Position numbers and translations under genes: made by a program
Notes under the pieces: model-generated
Told to the model about the DNA's origin: nothing
Seen by the model: the letters and a program-made list of their open reading frames with translations, nothing else
The model's database searches: none
Shown: positions 1-13,420 of the stretch, piece by piece
Layout of the letters: every line of letters starts with the position of its first letter
How positions within the stretch are numbered: the first letter of the stretch is position 1
Source of the DNA: Gekko japonicus
Taxonomy: Eukaryota
Length of the DNA stretch: 64,000 nucleotides
Assembly: GCF_001447785.1 (NCBI RefSeq)
Contig: NW_015171530.1
Location: 186,001-250,000, forward strand
Direction of reading: 5' to 3'

Positions 1-2299
1 AAAGGGTGGTGACTGGACTCTTGTGGCATAAGATACTTGGGCTAAAGGGTGAGGAACTGTAGACTGTACCACAGCTTGTAGGAAGTACTATCTGTTGCTG
101 TAAGTTGGTTCCTATGTAATTTTTGCTTTTGTCTAATGCAAGGGGTCCCCAACCTTTTTGAGCCTGTGGCAGGGTTCCCAAGTACCTACCTATGATCCGG
201 TGGGGGACACATGCTTCCCCGCTGGAAGATTCTTGCTTGGAACACAGGCGCTGCACTATTCTGTTGGCCAGACGTGACGTAGGCACATAACTGGGTGATG
301 CTCTGGTAATGGGACTGGAAACTCGATGGTACAGCGCCTGTGTTTTCCCCATGGGAATGGTCCCGCGAGGAACTATACATTTCCCGCCGAACTAAGGTAA
401 GTACTTGGGAGCCATGGCCTGTGGGCCCCTTTGGAATTACAGTGTGGTGGACACAGCCACAAAATGGCTGCCACAGCTTAGTGTAGTGGCAGCAGCTGTC
501 AAGGCAACATTTTAAAAAATCTGCACAGCCAATCAGAAGCCTCGCTGGGCAAAAGCCCCACCCACTTCCAAAAAAAATACTTGGGTGCCTGGAATGGTGT
601 TGGTGGGCACCATGTTGCCTATGGGGCACCACATTGGAGACCCCTGGTTTAATACTTATTCTGTGCTTCACCTCTGGTTTCCAGATTTCTACTTCATTCC
701 TTTTTCATTGTCTGCTGCAATGCTTCCCAGTGTTTTTGCTACGGTAACCCACAAGTCCCAATTCACTTGATTTGGTGATCAATCCAGGGCTGGCCCAAGG
801 ATTTATGGTGCCCTGGGCAAACTGTGACCTTTGCACCCATCTAGTTAATCATTCCATTTTCTATAGAGCCCAATGAGATGTTTTCGAGAAACTAAACCAC
901 ATAAAAAACCACATAGTGCCCCCCTAAGCAAGTGGTGTTCCTACACACACAGTCTTTGCATATTGAGGTTACATTTCAGCCTTTGACCACCCTCTCCTCC
1001 ATTATTCCCTCTAATAATCCGGTCTAAGGTTCTAAGAAAATTCATTCTAGTAAGAAATTCAAGTGTGTCCTGAGGTTTACTAACCAACACACATAGATGG
1101 TGAAGAAAAAATACCAACTAATGTATGACATGGAAGATACTATTTCCAGGGTCAGATATGAAAGAGCAATGGAGAGGGCGGGGTGGTCATTAGGGAGGAC
1201 TGGGCCAAGACCCACTTTTGGGTGCTGACTGAGACACACTGGGCTACTGCATGTCTCACTCTGTTGACTGTACTGATTGATTCTGCGTAGTCTGCCTTGA
1301 ATCCCAGTGAGAAAGTCGGACTACAAATGAATAAGATTGGGGGGGGGAGGTCCTACACAAAGAGGTATCTTGTCGAAGCAGCATAAATTCTGACAAACTA
1401 CCAGATTACACACATTTGAGTCCAGTAGCGCCTGAGAGACCAACAAGATTTTTGGGATATAAGCTTTAGAGAGTGTACGTCTTTCGAAGGGGCTCTTTGG
1501 TTTCCCCTCCAAAGCATCTGAACCGTCTCCCACAGCACCCACAACAGGGAAGCCAGGAGCCCTGGAGACCTGGCTCGTACCCACGGAGGGGCATTTGGGA
1601 GCAGAGCCCTGCCCCACCACCTGAGGATGCCAGGCACCCCTACCCACACCCCAGTGTGCCTAGTACAACAGCAGCCGCCAGGCCTAGTGAAAGGGAAGCC
1701 GCCCTGCAGCTTTTGGTCACTTTCACTCCTGGGGATCAGCTGTTAGGTTTAACAACTCAGCAGAGGGGAGTGAAACTAACCAGAGGCGGCAGGGCAACTT
1801 TACTTTCCTTCCCCAGCCTCCCGGCTGCTGCAGGGGGCTGGGGATGGAGTGGAAAGACGCCCTGCCACTTTGGGTCAATTTCACTCCCCTCCGATCAGCA
1901 GTTAGCGCTAACAGCGGTTGGTCAAGAGTGAAACTGACCAGAAGCTGGGCGTGAAATGCAACTGAGGTTTGAAGAGCTGCGATTCATTTTTATCTTATTT
2001 TTTAATTTGATGTTGCGTCTGCCCCACAAGAAAAAAATATGCCCCACAAGCAAAAAAAAAAATTCTCGCTACGGGTCTGCTGGAGGGGCTTGTAGGCTGC
2101 TCGTCAAAATGACGCCTCTGGAGGGACACCTCGAGGGTGGGGGCAGAAAAAGGCGCCCAGCTCATCCAAACCCGACTCCGGTTTCTTCTGAAGCATCGCC
2201 GCCTCTTCTGTCACACCCGGTTTTAATGGCGAGGGGGGGGGGGGGGGGAAGCCCTGAGGGGCCTCCCTCCGCCCTAAGTCTTCTAGGGCCGGGACCGTC

Positions 2300-2701
2300 C
2301 TGCCCTCTCCAAGTTTACAGTAGACCAACCGTCGGGCTTAAAGGCTTGTGCGCATGCGCGTTCCCCTAAACTATCATTCCCTTCCCCTCGCTTCCCGCCT
2401 CGCGTTCTTCCCCGCAGGAACGACTTTGTTTTCTGCGCAGGCGCCAGCCTTGTGTCGGCTCTCACTTCTCCCCTGGGGAGGGGGAAGACCTGCTGGTGCG
2501 TTGTCTGGCTTAAAGCGGGCGGGTACCCGGATGTTGCCGCTTCCAGTACGGCGGGGGTGAGAGCTTTGAAGCGCACGCGCAGTGGCTCCTGGTCCCTCTT
2601 TCTCTGGGGCTTAGACGTCTTGGCTGGTCGTTGGGCTCTGGGTCCAGGCGGGGCTAAAGGGGAGGGGTTTGGGCTGAGCCCACCCCACCCCCCTTGGGGA
2701 G
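2300..2701 (+). promoter_or_regulatory. KCTD13: CpG-island promoter and non-coding exon 1 of KCTD13
   Basis: CpG/GC-rich, NRF1 motif TGCGCATGCGC at 2349-2359, ETS-like CCGGATG/CTTCC sites, splice donor G|GTGAGT after 2701. Confidence 0.7.
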
Positions 2702-3713
2702 GTGAGTACGTGGGGGGGGGTGCCCATGGCATGGGCAAAGGTGAAAGGGCACCTGGGGCTGGGGGGAAAAGGGGCTGTGAGAGACAAGCCAGCAGACTAT
2801 GGGGAGCAGAACGTGTTGGGGGGGGGGAAGAGGTCCAAGGGGATTCTGAACTAAAAAGTGGAGCAGAAGGCAGGAGCTCAGGTGGAAGTGATTCAGTTAC
2901 TGGGGGTGGGATTTTTCTCAGCCATGTTGGGGTGGTGTTGGTGGTGAAAGTGGGTGTATAAACATTGCAATAAATATCAATAAATCCGGGGTACCAGGAG
3001 GCTGGCAGGAGGTGAGAAAGATGGGGAAAACATCCTTGGGGCAGAAGCACAGAGGAAGGGCTGTGGGTGACTGGGGTGGAGTAGCAGGAAATGATCACCA
3101 GGACTGAGTTTGGAGGGCAGAGGCCAGAGAGTCCGGCAGTGAGCACAAAGGCTGGTCTCTTACTTGTATCCTGTTAACAGTGTCCTGCTGGGATCTTACC
3201 AGCGTCTTACTAGCTCCCAGTGACAGTTGTGTGTGTAAAAACTAAACAGCGGTCCAGTGGCACCTTAAAAGTGAATGAACGTTATTCTGGCATGAGATTT
3301 TGTGAGAACTCTGAGCTCTGATTTATGAAGGTTACTACTGGTGTGTTTTTGCTAGCCTTTCAGGTGTCATTGGACTTCTGTTTAATTGTTCCACAATAGT
3401 TTAACATGACTGCCTGTCTTTAGGGTTAGGGGATGTACAGAACGTGGAAGTTATCCAGTTCTTCTTCAGGGGGCTTAAACAGTAAACTGGGTGTGATAAA
3501 AAAAGAGAGGATGGCATGTGGGGGAAGCCACTGAAATGGCAACAGAAGATTAAGCCATTATGAAATTGCCCCAGATGCTTCAAGTACTTTCTTGGGGTCC
3601 CCCCCCATTTTTGAAATTTTTTTACTTTTCTGTCGAGGCAAAAGGCCCTCTGTTCTGTAGAAAGCCTGTTACTGAAGATCACTTCTGTCTTGTCTCTCTC
3701 TCCACAGGAGGTG

Positions 3714-3975
3714 ATGTCAGCCGAAGCCACGGCAGACCCGGTTCCGTCCCCGGAGGCCTGTGCTCCGCTAGTCCCAACCCAGCAGCGACGGGATGGCGGG
3801 GGCGGGGTGGCGGGGGCGACCTTTGACCTCAAACCTCTGAACCCCAGCAGCAAGTATGTGAAGCTGAACGTGGGGGGGTCCCTCCACTACACCACGGTGC
3901 AGACCCTCACCAAGCAAGACACCATGCTCAAGGCCATGTTCAGTGGCAGGATGGAAGTGCTGACAGATAGCGAAG
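3714..3975 (+). CDS. KCTD13: KCTD13 (BTB/POZ adaptor for CUL3-mediated RhoA degradation, BACURD1), coding exon 1
   Basis: Acceptor ...ccacag at 3707, ATG 3714, MSAEA...[15 protein letters not shown]...[18 protein letters not shown], donor GT 3976. Six exons of 262+170+90+53+196+243 nt join in frame to 337 aa. Confidence 0.95.
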
Positions 3976-5154
3976 GTATCTCCTAATGGTGTCTTTGCCC
4001 CACCCTGTAGCCAGTTTACGAGACAGGAAGGCCGGTAGGCAGCTCTCTTAAGTCAATAAAGTGTGAAGGCCAGCTGGGAGCTCTGGTTTGTCGGAAGAGG
4101 GTGCCACTGCTTTGTGAATCATATCTGCCGTTCAGTATGGCAGAGGGAGAAACCATAAACAGTTTGGATTTTAAACAAAGAACTTCCCGGTTTCTCTGTA
4201 TGCAGATGAAAGCTTTGATGGGCTGGAGGATTTTTTTTTTTAATAAACTTCCATTTATTTAAGTTATGGATACTCTGCTCTGCTTCCAGGGCTCTAGATG
4301 GGTTAAGTAAATGTTTATCATTTTAAATTCAAAAAGTTAAATGTTCCCTGATACTGTCAAACAGCACGAAGATGTCGAAGCTGACACATCTAGGCAAGAG
4401 CACAAGGGTTCTCGTGACAGTCGCCTCTTGATGTTTTTGGAGTCTCTTTGGGACTTGATTATTGCTGAAATATTTCAGTGGGTGATTTTTTTAAAAAAAG
4501 GGAAAAGGATTTGTTTCACATTCCTTGAGGATCTTGTAAGCTGTTCGAGGAAGCAGCCTTGGCTGTTGATGCCTTTTCGTCAGTGACCCGAAAGACCAGC
4601 TGGCCATCTTTGACACGGCTCTTGCCGAAAATGAGCTCCTAATTATCCAGCCAATGGCAGGAGCCAGGCTTGATTTTTTTCCCTTTGCCGATGAATCTTT
4701 TTCTGAGAGGCAGGAGGGACCCAGTCCCTGTTCCTTTCCTCTTGTCTCCTACCAGCAGGTTTCCCTCTGTCCCATGGCATCCCTTTACTTTAATTTATAG
4801 TCTATGCAGGCCTGAGGGCTTATAATTATTTACAATGAATCATCTGTGTATGTAACACTTCACAGAGCAATGCAGGCAGGACCCAGACAAACAAGGAAAA
4901 AACCATTTAAAAAGCCTTGATACATTCCCTGAGTATGCAGTTTAAGATTTGCCAGTGGGAAGATGAGTGGGTTTTTTTTTTAACTTAAATATTTAGAGGA
5001 CAAGAGCTGAGAAATCACATTGGCCTTGTACGGCATTCTGGCAAGTTTAGTAGCAGACCTCAATCGGGGAGAGGCTGTGGCTCAGTGGAAGCGCCTCTGC
5101 TTGGCATGCAGAATGTCCCCAGCATCTCCAGTTTAAAAAAGAACTAGCTACCAG

Positions 5155-5361
5155 CAATGTTCCCTCTAAGCTGTGGAGTCCTATGAGCAGAAATTCTACT
5201 TTGTGAGCTACTGGCATTAAAGTTGTGAGCAGGTAGTTTGGCTGCTGCATAAAATTAGTTTGCTCTGGAGCCATCTTTCCTGAGCTAAGACAAAAATGTG
5301 TGAGCTGGAGGCTAAAAAACTGTGAGCTAGCTCACACTAACTCAGCTTAGAGGGAACACTG
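5155..5361 (+). mobile_element. hAT-type MITE (~205 bp), copy 1
   Basis: TIRs CA(A/G)TGTTCCCTCTAAGCTG ... CAGCTTAGAGGGAACACTG; 8-bp TSD GCTACCAG. Confidence 0.85.
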
Positions 5362-6508
5362 GCTACCAGGTGATGTGAAAGGCCTCCGCCTGAGAACCTC
5401 ACTGCCAGGCTGAGTAGACAATAACGATCAGAGCTTTGGGGGGGGGGGAGGGGGGAGAAGAGGTGCTGGAACTCTCTAGAGGGAAATGAAGTTTTCAATC
5501 GGCATACTGAAATCTCATGAACTTTTAAACATTTTAAAAAGAATTTTGTCAAAAAAGGTTCCGGAACGCCATCCTGGCGCGTTCCCCCAGAAAAGAAGCC
5601 TTGACTCTGATAGGCCAGTGGTCTGATTCAGTGTAAGGCAGTTTCATGGGTTACCTGAGCAAATAGGTTTAGCAAAAGCTAAACGAAACCAATAGTCTGT
5701 TTTGTCCAACATCGTTTCTCACACAGCGACTCAGGAAGGACCACAAGTAGGGTGCTAAGGCCAAAGCTCCCCCTTCCCCCCGCCCCCCAGGGACTGGTAT
5801 TCAGAATTCTCCAGTCTCCGAACATGGAGATTCTCTTTGGCCATTATGGCAAATGGCCACTGATCGACCTGTCATCCATGAGTGTTTCCAGTCCATGTTG
5901 TTTAAGGCCACCTAAGCTAGTGCTCCTCACTACGTCTTGTGTCAGTGAATGTTGGGTGAAGAGGTTGTATCTATTGCCGGTCCTAAATCTCCCGCCTGTT
6001 GATTTCACTGGCAAACTCATGCCGGCAAGAGCGAGTCTTATGTCCAGCTATTTAAAAAAAACCAAAACTATCCCTTGAACTTCATGGCAGAAGCTCTGTA
6101 GCAAAGAGAGAGATTCTTCCTGTCATGGTTCAAATGCAGTTGAAAGTAATTTTGTACTTCAGATATGAAAGGTCAGGCACCCCTCCACCCAAGCTCTACA
6201 CCTGATTTACCTTTTGCCCCTCAGCTTGTTGTTCTTAATAGTACAAGCCAAACAGTGTGGCAACAGACACACAGCAAATATCTACGGCTAATAATTAAAA
6301 AGTAAGCAAAAGCATTGTGAATTAACATGTAGGATTGTTTTTGCAACATAATAAGCAAAATCAACTATAGAAATAGTACTATTTTCTCTATCATGGTCCG
6401 GTGCAAAACCAAGCAATATTTAGTCGGACGTGAAACAGGGCTGCCTTCTTGTTGCTGTTCCCCGCTCCTCTTCTGATGGAACCATAAACATCCGTTTGCT
6501 TTTGCCAG

Positions 6509-6678
6509 GCTGGATCTTGATTGATAGAAGCGGGCGCCATTTTGGAACCATCCTGAATTACTTGCGAGACGGTTCTGTTTCCCTCCCCGAGTCCCAGCGG
6601 GAGCTGGAAGAGGTGCTGTCTGAGGCCCGGTACTACCTGATTCAAGGCTTAGTGGAGGACTGCCAGCTGGCGCTCCAG
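6509..6678 (+). CDS. KCTD13: KCTD13 coding exon 2
   Basis: [22 protein letters not shown]...DCQLALQ; AG/GT bounded, phase consistent. Confidence 0.95.
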
Positions 6679-6814
6679 GTGAGCATCTCCCTGCTGAGAA
6701 ACCAGGGACGTTTAGCATCCCGTGCTGCTCTCTTCAAGGGCAGAACAGCAGCTTCTGAGTTGCCTCATGAGGCGGCAATGTCTCTCTCATCTCTTCTTTT
6801 TGTTCCCTGCTCAG

Positions 6815-6904
6815 CAAAAGAGTGAAGCCTTTGACCCTCTCTGCCACATCCCCATGGTGACGTCTCCAAAGGAGGAGCAGCAGATCATCTCAAGCTGTTC
6901 CAAG
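6815..6904 (+). CDS. KCTD13: KCTD13 coding exon 3
   Basis: [30 protein letters not shown]; AG/GT bounded. Confidence 0.93.
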
Positions 6905-7003
6905 GTAAAGCGGTTGAGGAATTCTGTGCGGTGGAGCCCCAGGAAGGTTGTGTAAGTGAGGCCGTTGTCAGTACAGAGAAGGGGAGCTTGGCTGGGTGCC
7001 CTC

Positions 7004-7194
7004 CAGTGCTCCCTCTAAGCTGTGGAGTCTTGCGAGCAAAAATTCGACTTTGTGAGCTGCTGGCATTAAAGTTTTGAGCAAGCGATTTGGCTGCTGCATA
7101 AATTAGTTTGCTCTGGAGCCATCCTTCCTGAGATAAGACAAAAATGTGTGAGCCGGAGGCTAAAAAACTGTGACTCAGCTTAGAGGGAACACTG
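7004..7194 (+). mobile_element. hAT-type MITE, copy 2
   Basis: Same TIRs; TSD GTGCCCTC. Confidence 0.85.
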
Positions 7195-7715
7195 GTGCCC
7201 TCTAGCATATCCGGGACCTACGCAGCTGTTTTGTTGAAGAACAGAGAGCATGGGAAGCTGTCCCATATGTTTCCATCCATAAAAGCGTAGCTCAGCAGGC
7301 TATAGTGTAGGGGTCCCCAACGTGGCGCCCACTGACCCCTTTTCTGAGGCCTGCTAGAAAGTGGGTGGGACAGGTGGTGTTTTTGTCCATCTGGGCTTCT
7401 GATTGGCCATTAGAGAACTGATTGGCTGCAGAGACTTCTAAGATGATATTTTGGTGGCAGCTGCCACCACAGCACTGCATGTCTGATGATAAGCTGCGTA
7501 CATGAAAGAAAATATTTTTTAAATTATATGTTCATTTTAAAAGGCATCCTGTTAAGCAGAGTTTCTGCCAGAAATGTTAAGGAGTTACTGGTAGAGTTAC
7601 TCCCTAACAGTTTGTGGCTGGCTGTCCCTCACCCGGCATCCATTATCTGGCTCTGCCCACCCCCCTGTTTCAGAATTGCAAAGGTGCCCACAGGGTCAGA
7701 CAGGTTGGGAACCCC

Positions 7716-7997
7716 AGAAGAAGAAGAAGAGATTGGATTTATTCCCCCCCCTTCACTATCCAAAGGAGTCTCAGAGCGGCCTACAAACTCTTTTCCCTTC
7801 CCCTCCCCACAACAGACACCCTGTGAGGTAGGTGGGGCTGAGAGAGCTCTGACAGAAACTGCTCTTTTTCAAGAACAGCTCTTATCAGAACTACGGCTTG
7901 CCCAAGGTCATCCAGCAGGTGCGAGTGGAGGAGTGGGCAATCCAACCTGGTTCTCCCAGATTAGAGTCCGCGCACTTAACCACTACACCAAACTGGC
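7716..7997 (-). mobile_element. tRNA-derived SINE (Squam3-like)
   Basis: Reverse complement of the copies at 31113, 33438 and 57646; tRNA-like head and (CTT)n tail. Confidence 0.75.
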
Positions 7998-8231
7998 ACC
8001 AAGCAGCAGTAATGTATCCCTTGCCCTGAGGAGTGGGCAAGGTGCAGGTTGTTCTGCGAGACCCCAGCAGTTTGGCCAGTTAACAAAGCGGGAGGCTAAA
8101 AAACAACTTGTGTGAAGCAGGCTTAAAAACACAGCAGTAGTAAAGGAACAGAATCCACTCTCCTTTGCTTTCTTTCAGGAAACGTCTGCTGTGTTTCCTT
8201 TATCTATGTGTTTTTTCTCTCCTTTGCTTAG

Positions 8232-8284
8232 CCTGTGGTGAAACTGCTGCATAACAGAAGCAACAACAAGTATTCATATACGAG
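8232..8284 (+). CDS. KCTD13: KCTD13 coding exon 4
   Basis: PVVKLLHNRSNNKYSYT(S); 53 nt, AG/GT bounded. Confidence 0.93.
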
Positions 8285-8737
8285 GTAAGGCACATTTTTA
8301 TTTACATTATTTATAGTCCGCCTTTCCCACTGGGACTCCGGACAGATTATACAGAATGAGTCAATACAATCAACAAAATGTAGCATTCAATAAACAGTGC
8401 AGGAGGATTCAGATTGTTGAAGTCTGGAACCAACCAAAAAATTTAAAGGTAGAACTGAAGCACTGCATAAGGGTTAACATGACATGTTAAGCAGTGCAAA
8501 CATTACATAGGAGGATCCTACTTACAGCAAGCTATACACAGTAGTATAGACCACAGTCCCTAATCATTTATCCAAGTAACTTTGTTTTTTCAGGAGATCT
8601 TGGTATATTTCTTATATACTGTTCATCCACAGCAGGGTATATTTTCACCTTTTTGCTAGTAACTGTGCATCTTGGAGACCTGCCCAAAAAACTTTCTCCC
8701 TGCATCTCTGTTCTCTCTCCACCCTGCCCCCATCTAG

Positions 8738-8933
8738 TAATTCCGATGACAACTTGCTGAAGAACATCGAACTCTTTGACAAACTCGCTCTGCGGTTCAA
8801 CGGGCGGGTGCTCTTCATCAAAGACGTCCTGGGAGACGAGATTTGCTGCTGGTCGTTCTACGGGCAGGGCCGCAAGATCGCTGAAGTCTGTTGCACCTCT
8901 ATCGTGTATGCCACTGAGAAGAAACAGACCAAG
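8738..8933 (+). CDS. KCTD13: KCTD13 coding exon 5
   Basis: [20 protein letters not shown]...YATEKKQTK; AG/GT bounded. Confidence 0.95.
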
Positions 8934-9618
8934 GTGACTTGCCATGTACATTAGCTGTTGTCCCTTACCATGTCATGTACTCGGTTTGTAGTAAGAAAGA
9001 GCACTGGCTCTCCTGTTGATAACTGGTGGATCTTAATAGGACCCCTCACTTCCTTTGAAGAAGTGTTGGGTGGATTACCGCTTTATAAGCTGCCCTGCAA
9101 ATCCATGGGTAGGTGCAAAAAGCAGACCTTTTGAAGAGGTCAGCGTTTTTTTTAAAAAAAAAATCAGTTTTAAATTTAGTTATTTTTTTCCAAGAAATGC
9201 ACAATCTCTTAGTTCAGTTTGGCTCCTTGCAACCAATTCATATTTTGTGAGGCCTCTTAAATTGCCCACTCGACCACCCTAGTTGATGGACTTGGTATGG
9301 TCCATTGCTTTTGTTTTTTGGCTTGTTGCAGTGTTGGGGTCTGGTTGATTTTGCTTTTTAGACTTTCCAACATGACCAGAATTACGTCTGTATTCCTGTA
9401 TAAGGATCAGGATAAATGTTGTCGTTTTCTTTGGGTTGCTGTCTGTATTACCATTTCATAGATGGGCTTGGGGAATGCGCCTGAACTACTTGTGCCAGGT
9501 TGTGCCAAGACGGCATTCAATCCCAGGTTTCCCAGACCCAATTCCAATCCTTCCATCCAGCATAAACTAGTTCTGTTTCATTTTTTGTCAGATCTTCCCT
9601 TTTCCAAAGAGTTCCAAT

Positions 9619-9824
9619 CAATGCTCCCTCTAAGCTGTGGAGTCTTGTGAGCAAAAATTCTACTTTGTGAGCTACTGGCATTAAAGCTGTGAGCGAGCGA
9701 TTTGGCTACTGCATAAGTCAATTTGCTCTGGAGCCATCCTTCCTGAGCTGAGACAAAAATGTGTGAGATGGAGGCTAAAACACTGTGAGCTAGTTCACAC
9801 TAACTCAGCTTAGAGGGAACATTG
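9619..9824 (+). mobile_element. hAT-type MITE, copy 3
   Basis: Same TIRs; TSD GTTCCAAT. Confidence 0.85.
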
Positions 9825-10030
9825 GTTCCAATCTGTAGTTTGTTTTTTTTAAATATCTTCACAGCCGCTATTTGAAGTTAAATGGAATAACAATGATATG
9901 GCCCGGGCCTTCGTGAATCAGAGCAAGGATTTTAACCTGGAATTCTGTGTCAAATCTGACCACTCGCACCTCATTCTCTCTTTCCACTGGTGGGTAGAAT
10001 CGGTGTGACCTCTCACTCTCTTGTGTACAG

Positions 10031-10273
10031 GTGGAGTTTCCAGAGGCAAGGATCTTCGAGGAGACCCTGAACATCCTGATCTATGAGACACCGAGGGTGC
10101 CGGATAAGGCCCTGCTGGAAGCAACAGGTGGGGTGGCAGGTGGAGGTGGAGGCCCCCTCCGCGCAGGTGATGATGAAGACGGGCGGGAGCACCGTGTCCG
10201 GCGCATTCATGTCCGCAGGCATATTATGCACGACGAGCGTCCTCACGGTCACCAGGCTGTTTTCAAGGACTGA
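10031..10273 (+). CDS. KCTD13: KCTD13 coding exon 6 (stop)
   Basis: VEFPEARIFEETLNILIYETPR...RVRRIHVRRHIMHDERPHGHQAVFKD*, the KCTD13-type C-terminus. Confidence 0.95.
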   Translation: MEFPEARIFEETLNILIYETPRVPDKALLEATGGVAGGGGGPLRAGDDEDGREHRVRRIHVRRHIMHDERPHGHQAVFKD

Positions 10274-12047
10274 GCCTCTCTCGATCCCAGTGGTGTTGTC
10301 ACTCCGCCCATCCAGTGCCAAAGGAGGCCCTATTTCCTCCTTTTGACCTTTCGCCCCACGGTCTTTTCAAGAGTGTTTGCGACCATTCTAACCCATGCCT
10401 CTCTTCTCCTTGGCCGTGCCCTTCTCCCTGTGACTTCGCACCCTTCCTGAGCCCCTCGTTGACCTTATTGTGACAATTGACACCTTAGTCCATCTTGTTC
10501 TTGACTCACATGCTCTTTCCAATTGTTGATTCCCCCCCCCGCCCTTAATATGAGTCTTAATCTTAAATGCCTGTCCTTTTTCTCTTGCTGTTTACTCCCC
10601 CTGTACGCACCAGTCCTCTTCTTGCCTCATAACCCTTGAGAGGCCTCTCGAGTCTGGATAGTGACCCATTCGTTATTCATAATGTCTTTGGCCCAGAATA
10701 TTGTCCAGTGAGACTAGAGACAGTCTGACTCTTGGGATCCACAGAAAAGCATTAATACAGAAATAGGGGTCTGTGATCAATGTGCACATACCAGAGGGAA
10801 CCTACTTCCCATATTCCACTTGGAACATTGACCTCTTCTCCAGTTTCTCGAGGGTCATCACAGGTAAGCAGCTGCCTAGTCGGAGGCATTGAGAATCCTT
10901 TTTTTGTATACCTACTTTGTATAACCTTCTTATGCTCTCTGATTTCTGATTAACACCCTCATAATAGTTTTTGGGGTTTTTTTGAAATTCTGCCCTCCCC
11001 TAAAGGACACACAGTGTTTTTGGTTTTTTGTTCATCTGTTTTTAACTTATCGGTTTTTCCTGTATGGATGAAGCCACCTGGATGTAAGAGAAAGGACCTA
11101 AATTGTTCTAGGGAAAGTTGTGAATTGCAGTCATCTTTGGGGGGTTTTAACATCAAATGGGGCTGGAATAACTGGGACTGTAAAACTTACCTCATTTGAA
11201 TCTGTCAGCCAAGGAGGCTAAATCCTCTTTGAAATCATCCAGAAAGAAATCCTCATGTCGGTACACTCCAGACACATTCAGTCTTCCCACCAGAGCAGGC
11301 CTAACCGGAAGCTTCCAGAAAGCTGTTCTTGACTTGCTGGGTTAAAACAAACGGCTCTGGGTCAAATATATGTTCTCCCTTGACCTCCTGCAGTGGATGT
11401 TGTGCGAGCTGGACCCTGGCTGCCCTCTGCACGTGCCTCTACTGCCTTGTATAGTACAAGGTACGTCTGGGCTTCGAAAGAGAGAGGATGCTTTGAACCT
11501 AAAGTTTAGTTGGCATCTTTGGATCATTTCCAAACACTGCAACGTGGTCGAACAGTTTGTTCCCACAGTGTATTGGAAGGCTGGGGCACAAAGTCATTCT
11601 GACCTCCATTTCCAAACACACCCTGTCGCATGCTCCTAATGTTTCACGTGGGGAATATTTACTCTCCTGCAACTTACCCCAGGAACGCTTTCTCTCCTCT
11701 CTGTTTTCCCTTGGGAAATAGGATGTTCCTTCATGGAAAGAAAAAAAAAACCTTTGGAGAGTTCTAGCTGGCCCTTTAGCCAGTTGCTCCATTGGATGGG
11801 AATGGTTTGTTCCACCTAGTGATGGGTGGGGAGGTGTAGTGAACCATTGCATTTCACAAAACTCAAGGCTGTGAAGGTACTTCTGTGGGGAAGATGGTAC
11901 TGTCCTTTCCCCTTCCCCTGTTGTTTCCTTCTGTACATCCTCTCCTCCCTGGAGGAGGTAATCTTGCATTAATTATTGTGGGTTTTTTTGTATTTGTATA
12001 ATTTATTTAAAAAAACAACAACTTTGTTTTTTCTATTAAATTATTGT

Positions 12048-12053
12048 AATAAA
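12048..12053 (+). terminator. Probable KCTD13 poly(A) signal
   Basis: AATAAA, with ATTAAA at 12035, in an AU-rich stretch followed by U/GU-rich sequence; implies a ~1.8 kb 3'UTR. Confidence 0.6.
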
Positions 12054-13287
12054 GGCTTCTGCTTAAAAGAGTACGTACTGTTTTTTTCTGTGCTGCACAG
12101 AGCGATAGAGGCAGGATTCTGTTCTCCAGTGCTTTTCGATGAACCTCAACAGCTTTTGAAAACGTCTTTTGTGGGTTACAAGGCCATCTTTTGCTCTAGC
12201 CTCCTCTGTAGCTGTGTGGCTGTGCCTGGCAGCCTGTGGGCCAAATCCTGCCCTATAAAAGCTTGATAGCTGTTCTCTTCATCAGCTCCTTACTTCCTTG
12301 TCTCCATGTCCAGGGCCTCTTCCAGGGAGGGGAGAAAAACAGTGACCCTATAGGCAAGCTTTCTTCTTTAGGTTCTAGAAACTCCAGACGACTTGTTTTT
12401 AAAGAGTGTTAGATGGTTGGTTCTGCCAGTGCCACCCTCCCTGCGTGCATCCTTTGGATCCCATAAAGTACCGTGAAAATGTATGTGGGGGTGGCGATTG
12501 TCTGGGAAGTAGAACACTGAAGGGAAGAAGAGCAGAAAGCCCAATGCTCTACTGGGGTCAAATCTGGCCTTGTCTCCTTGCTGACCACTGATATTTCACA
12601 GTAGGTCAGCCTGCATTTCAAAAAGCCTCCAGGAGGTAGGCATGTAGGCAGAGTATGGTGGGAATGAAGTCGTGGCTGTCGGGTGTTCACGCAGCACCCG
12701 ATATAACAAGGGCCTGACACAGCAATGGGAACGTCTTGAGAAGACTATAGGGCAGTGCTACGGTGTCGGTGCGCAGTGATTACAGCAATGCATAGTTTGT
12801 TTTTAATTGGTGGCTTCTGTTTTGGTGGCGGCTTAGCTCGTTTTGGAAGGAAGAGTCGTCCGTGGCACGCTGCTACAGATTCTCAGAGCAGGGCACAAAC
12901 ATCTGTGTATCGCATGTATTTAAGACCATGCATATATTTATATCCCCTCCCCAACTTGAGACTCCAAGTGGCCTTTAGAACATTGTTCTCCCACAACAAT
13001 AACCCTGTGAGGCCAGAAAGAGTGAGCGACGGGCCCAAGGTCACCCAGCAAGCTTCCATGGCAGAGCGAGGATTTGATGCTCTGCCCATCATACGTGCCA
13101 GCCTGCTCCTCCAGCAGTGAGAATGATGTTGACTGTGCAGGTGTGCATCCTGGAGTGGGCTTGTTGGTGTACGGTGTCCTTGTCTTGGAGGCATCATTTC
13201 CCAGTCTCTGCTGTGCTGCTCGTCCCTCACATTGTGCTTACTACATTTTCATCCCGTTTCTCCTTGAAAGAACAAAGCTTGAGATCA

Positions 13288-13420
13288 GATACTGGAGAAG
13301 TGTGCCTGCACATGAAAGCTTATACCCAGAAATTAAACTTTGTTGGTCTTCAAGGTGCCCCTGGACTCAGACGTCATTCTGCTGCTTCAGACCAACATGG
13401 CTGCCCCACCTGAGTCACAT
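13288..13420 (+). mobile_element. Penelope-like element 3' terminus
   Basis: Similar to 44270-44405, with a hammerhead-like GTGTGC..GCAC-GAAAGCTTATAC motif. Confidence 0.5.

Noticed and set aside
2283-3146. 287-aa Pro-rich minus-strand ORF and overlapping ORFs
   Set aside because: By-product of G-rich promoter and intron sequence; no domain signature.
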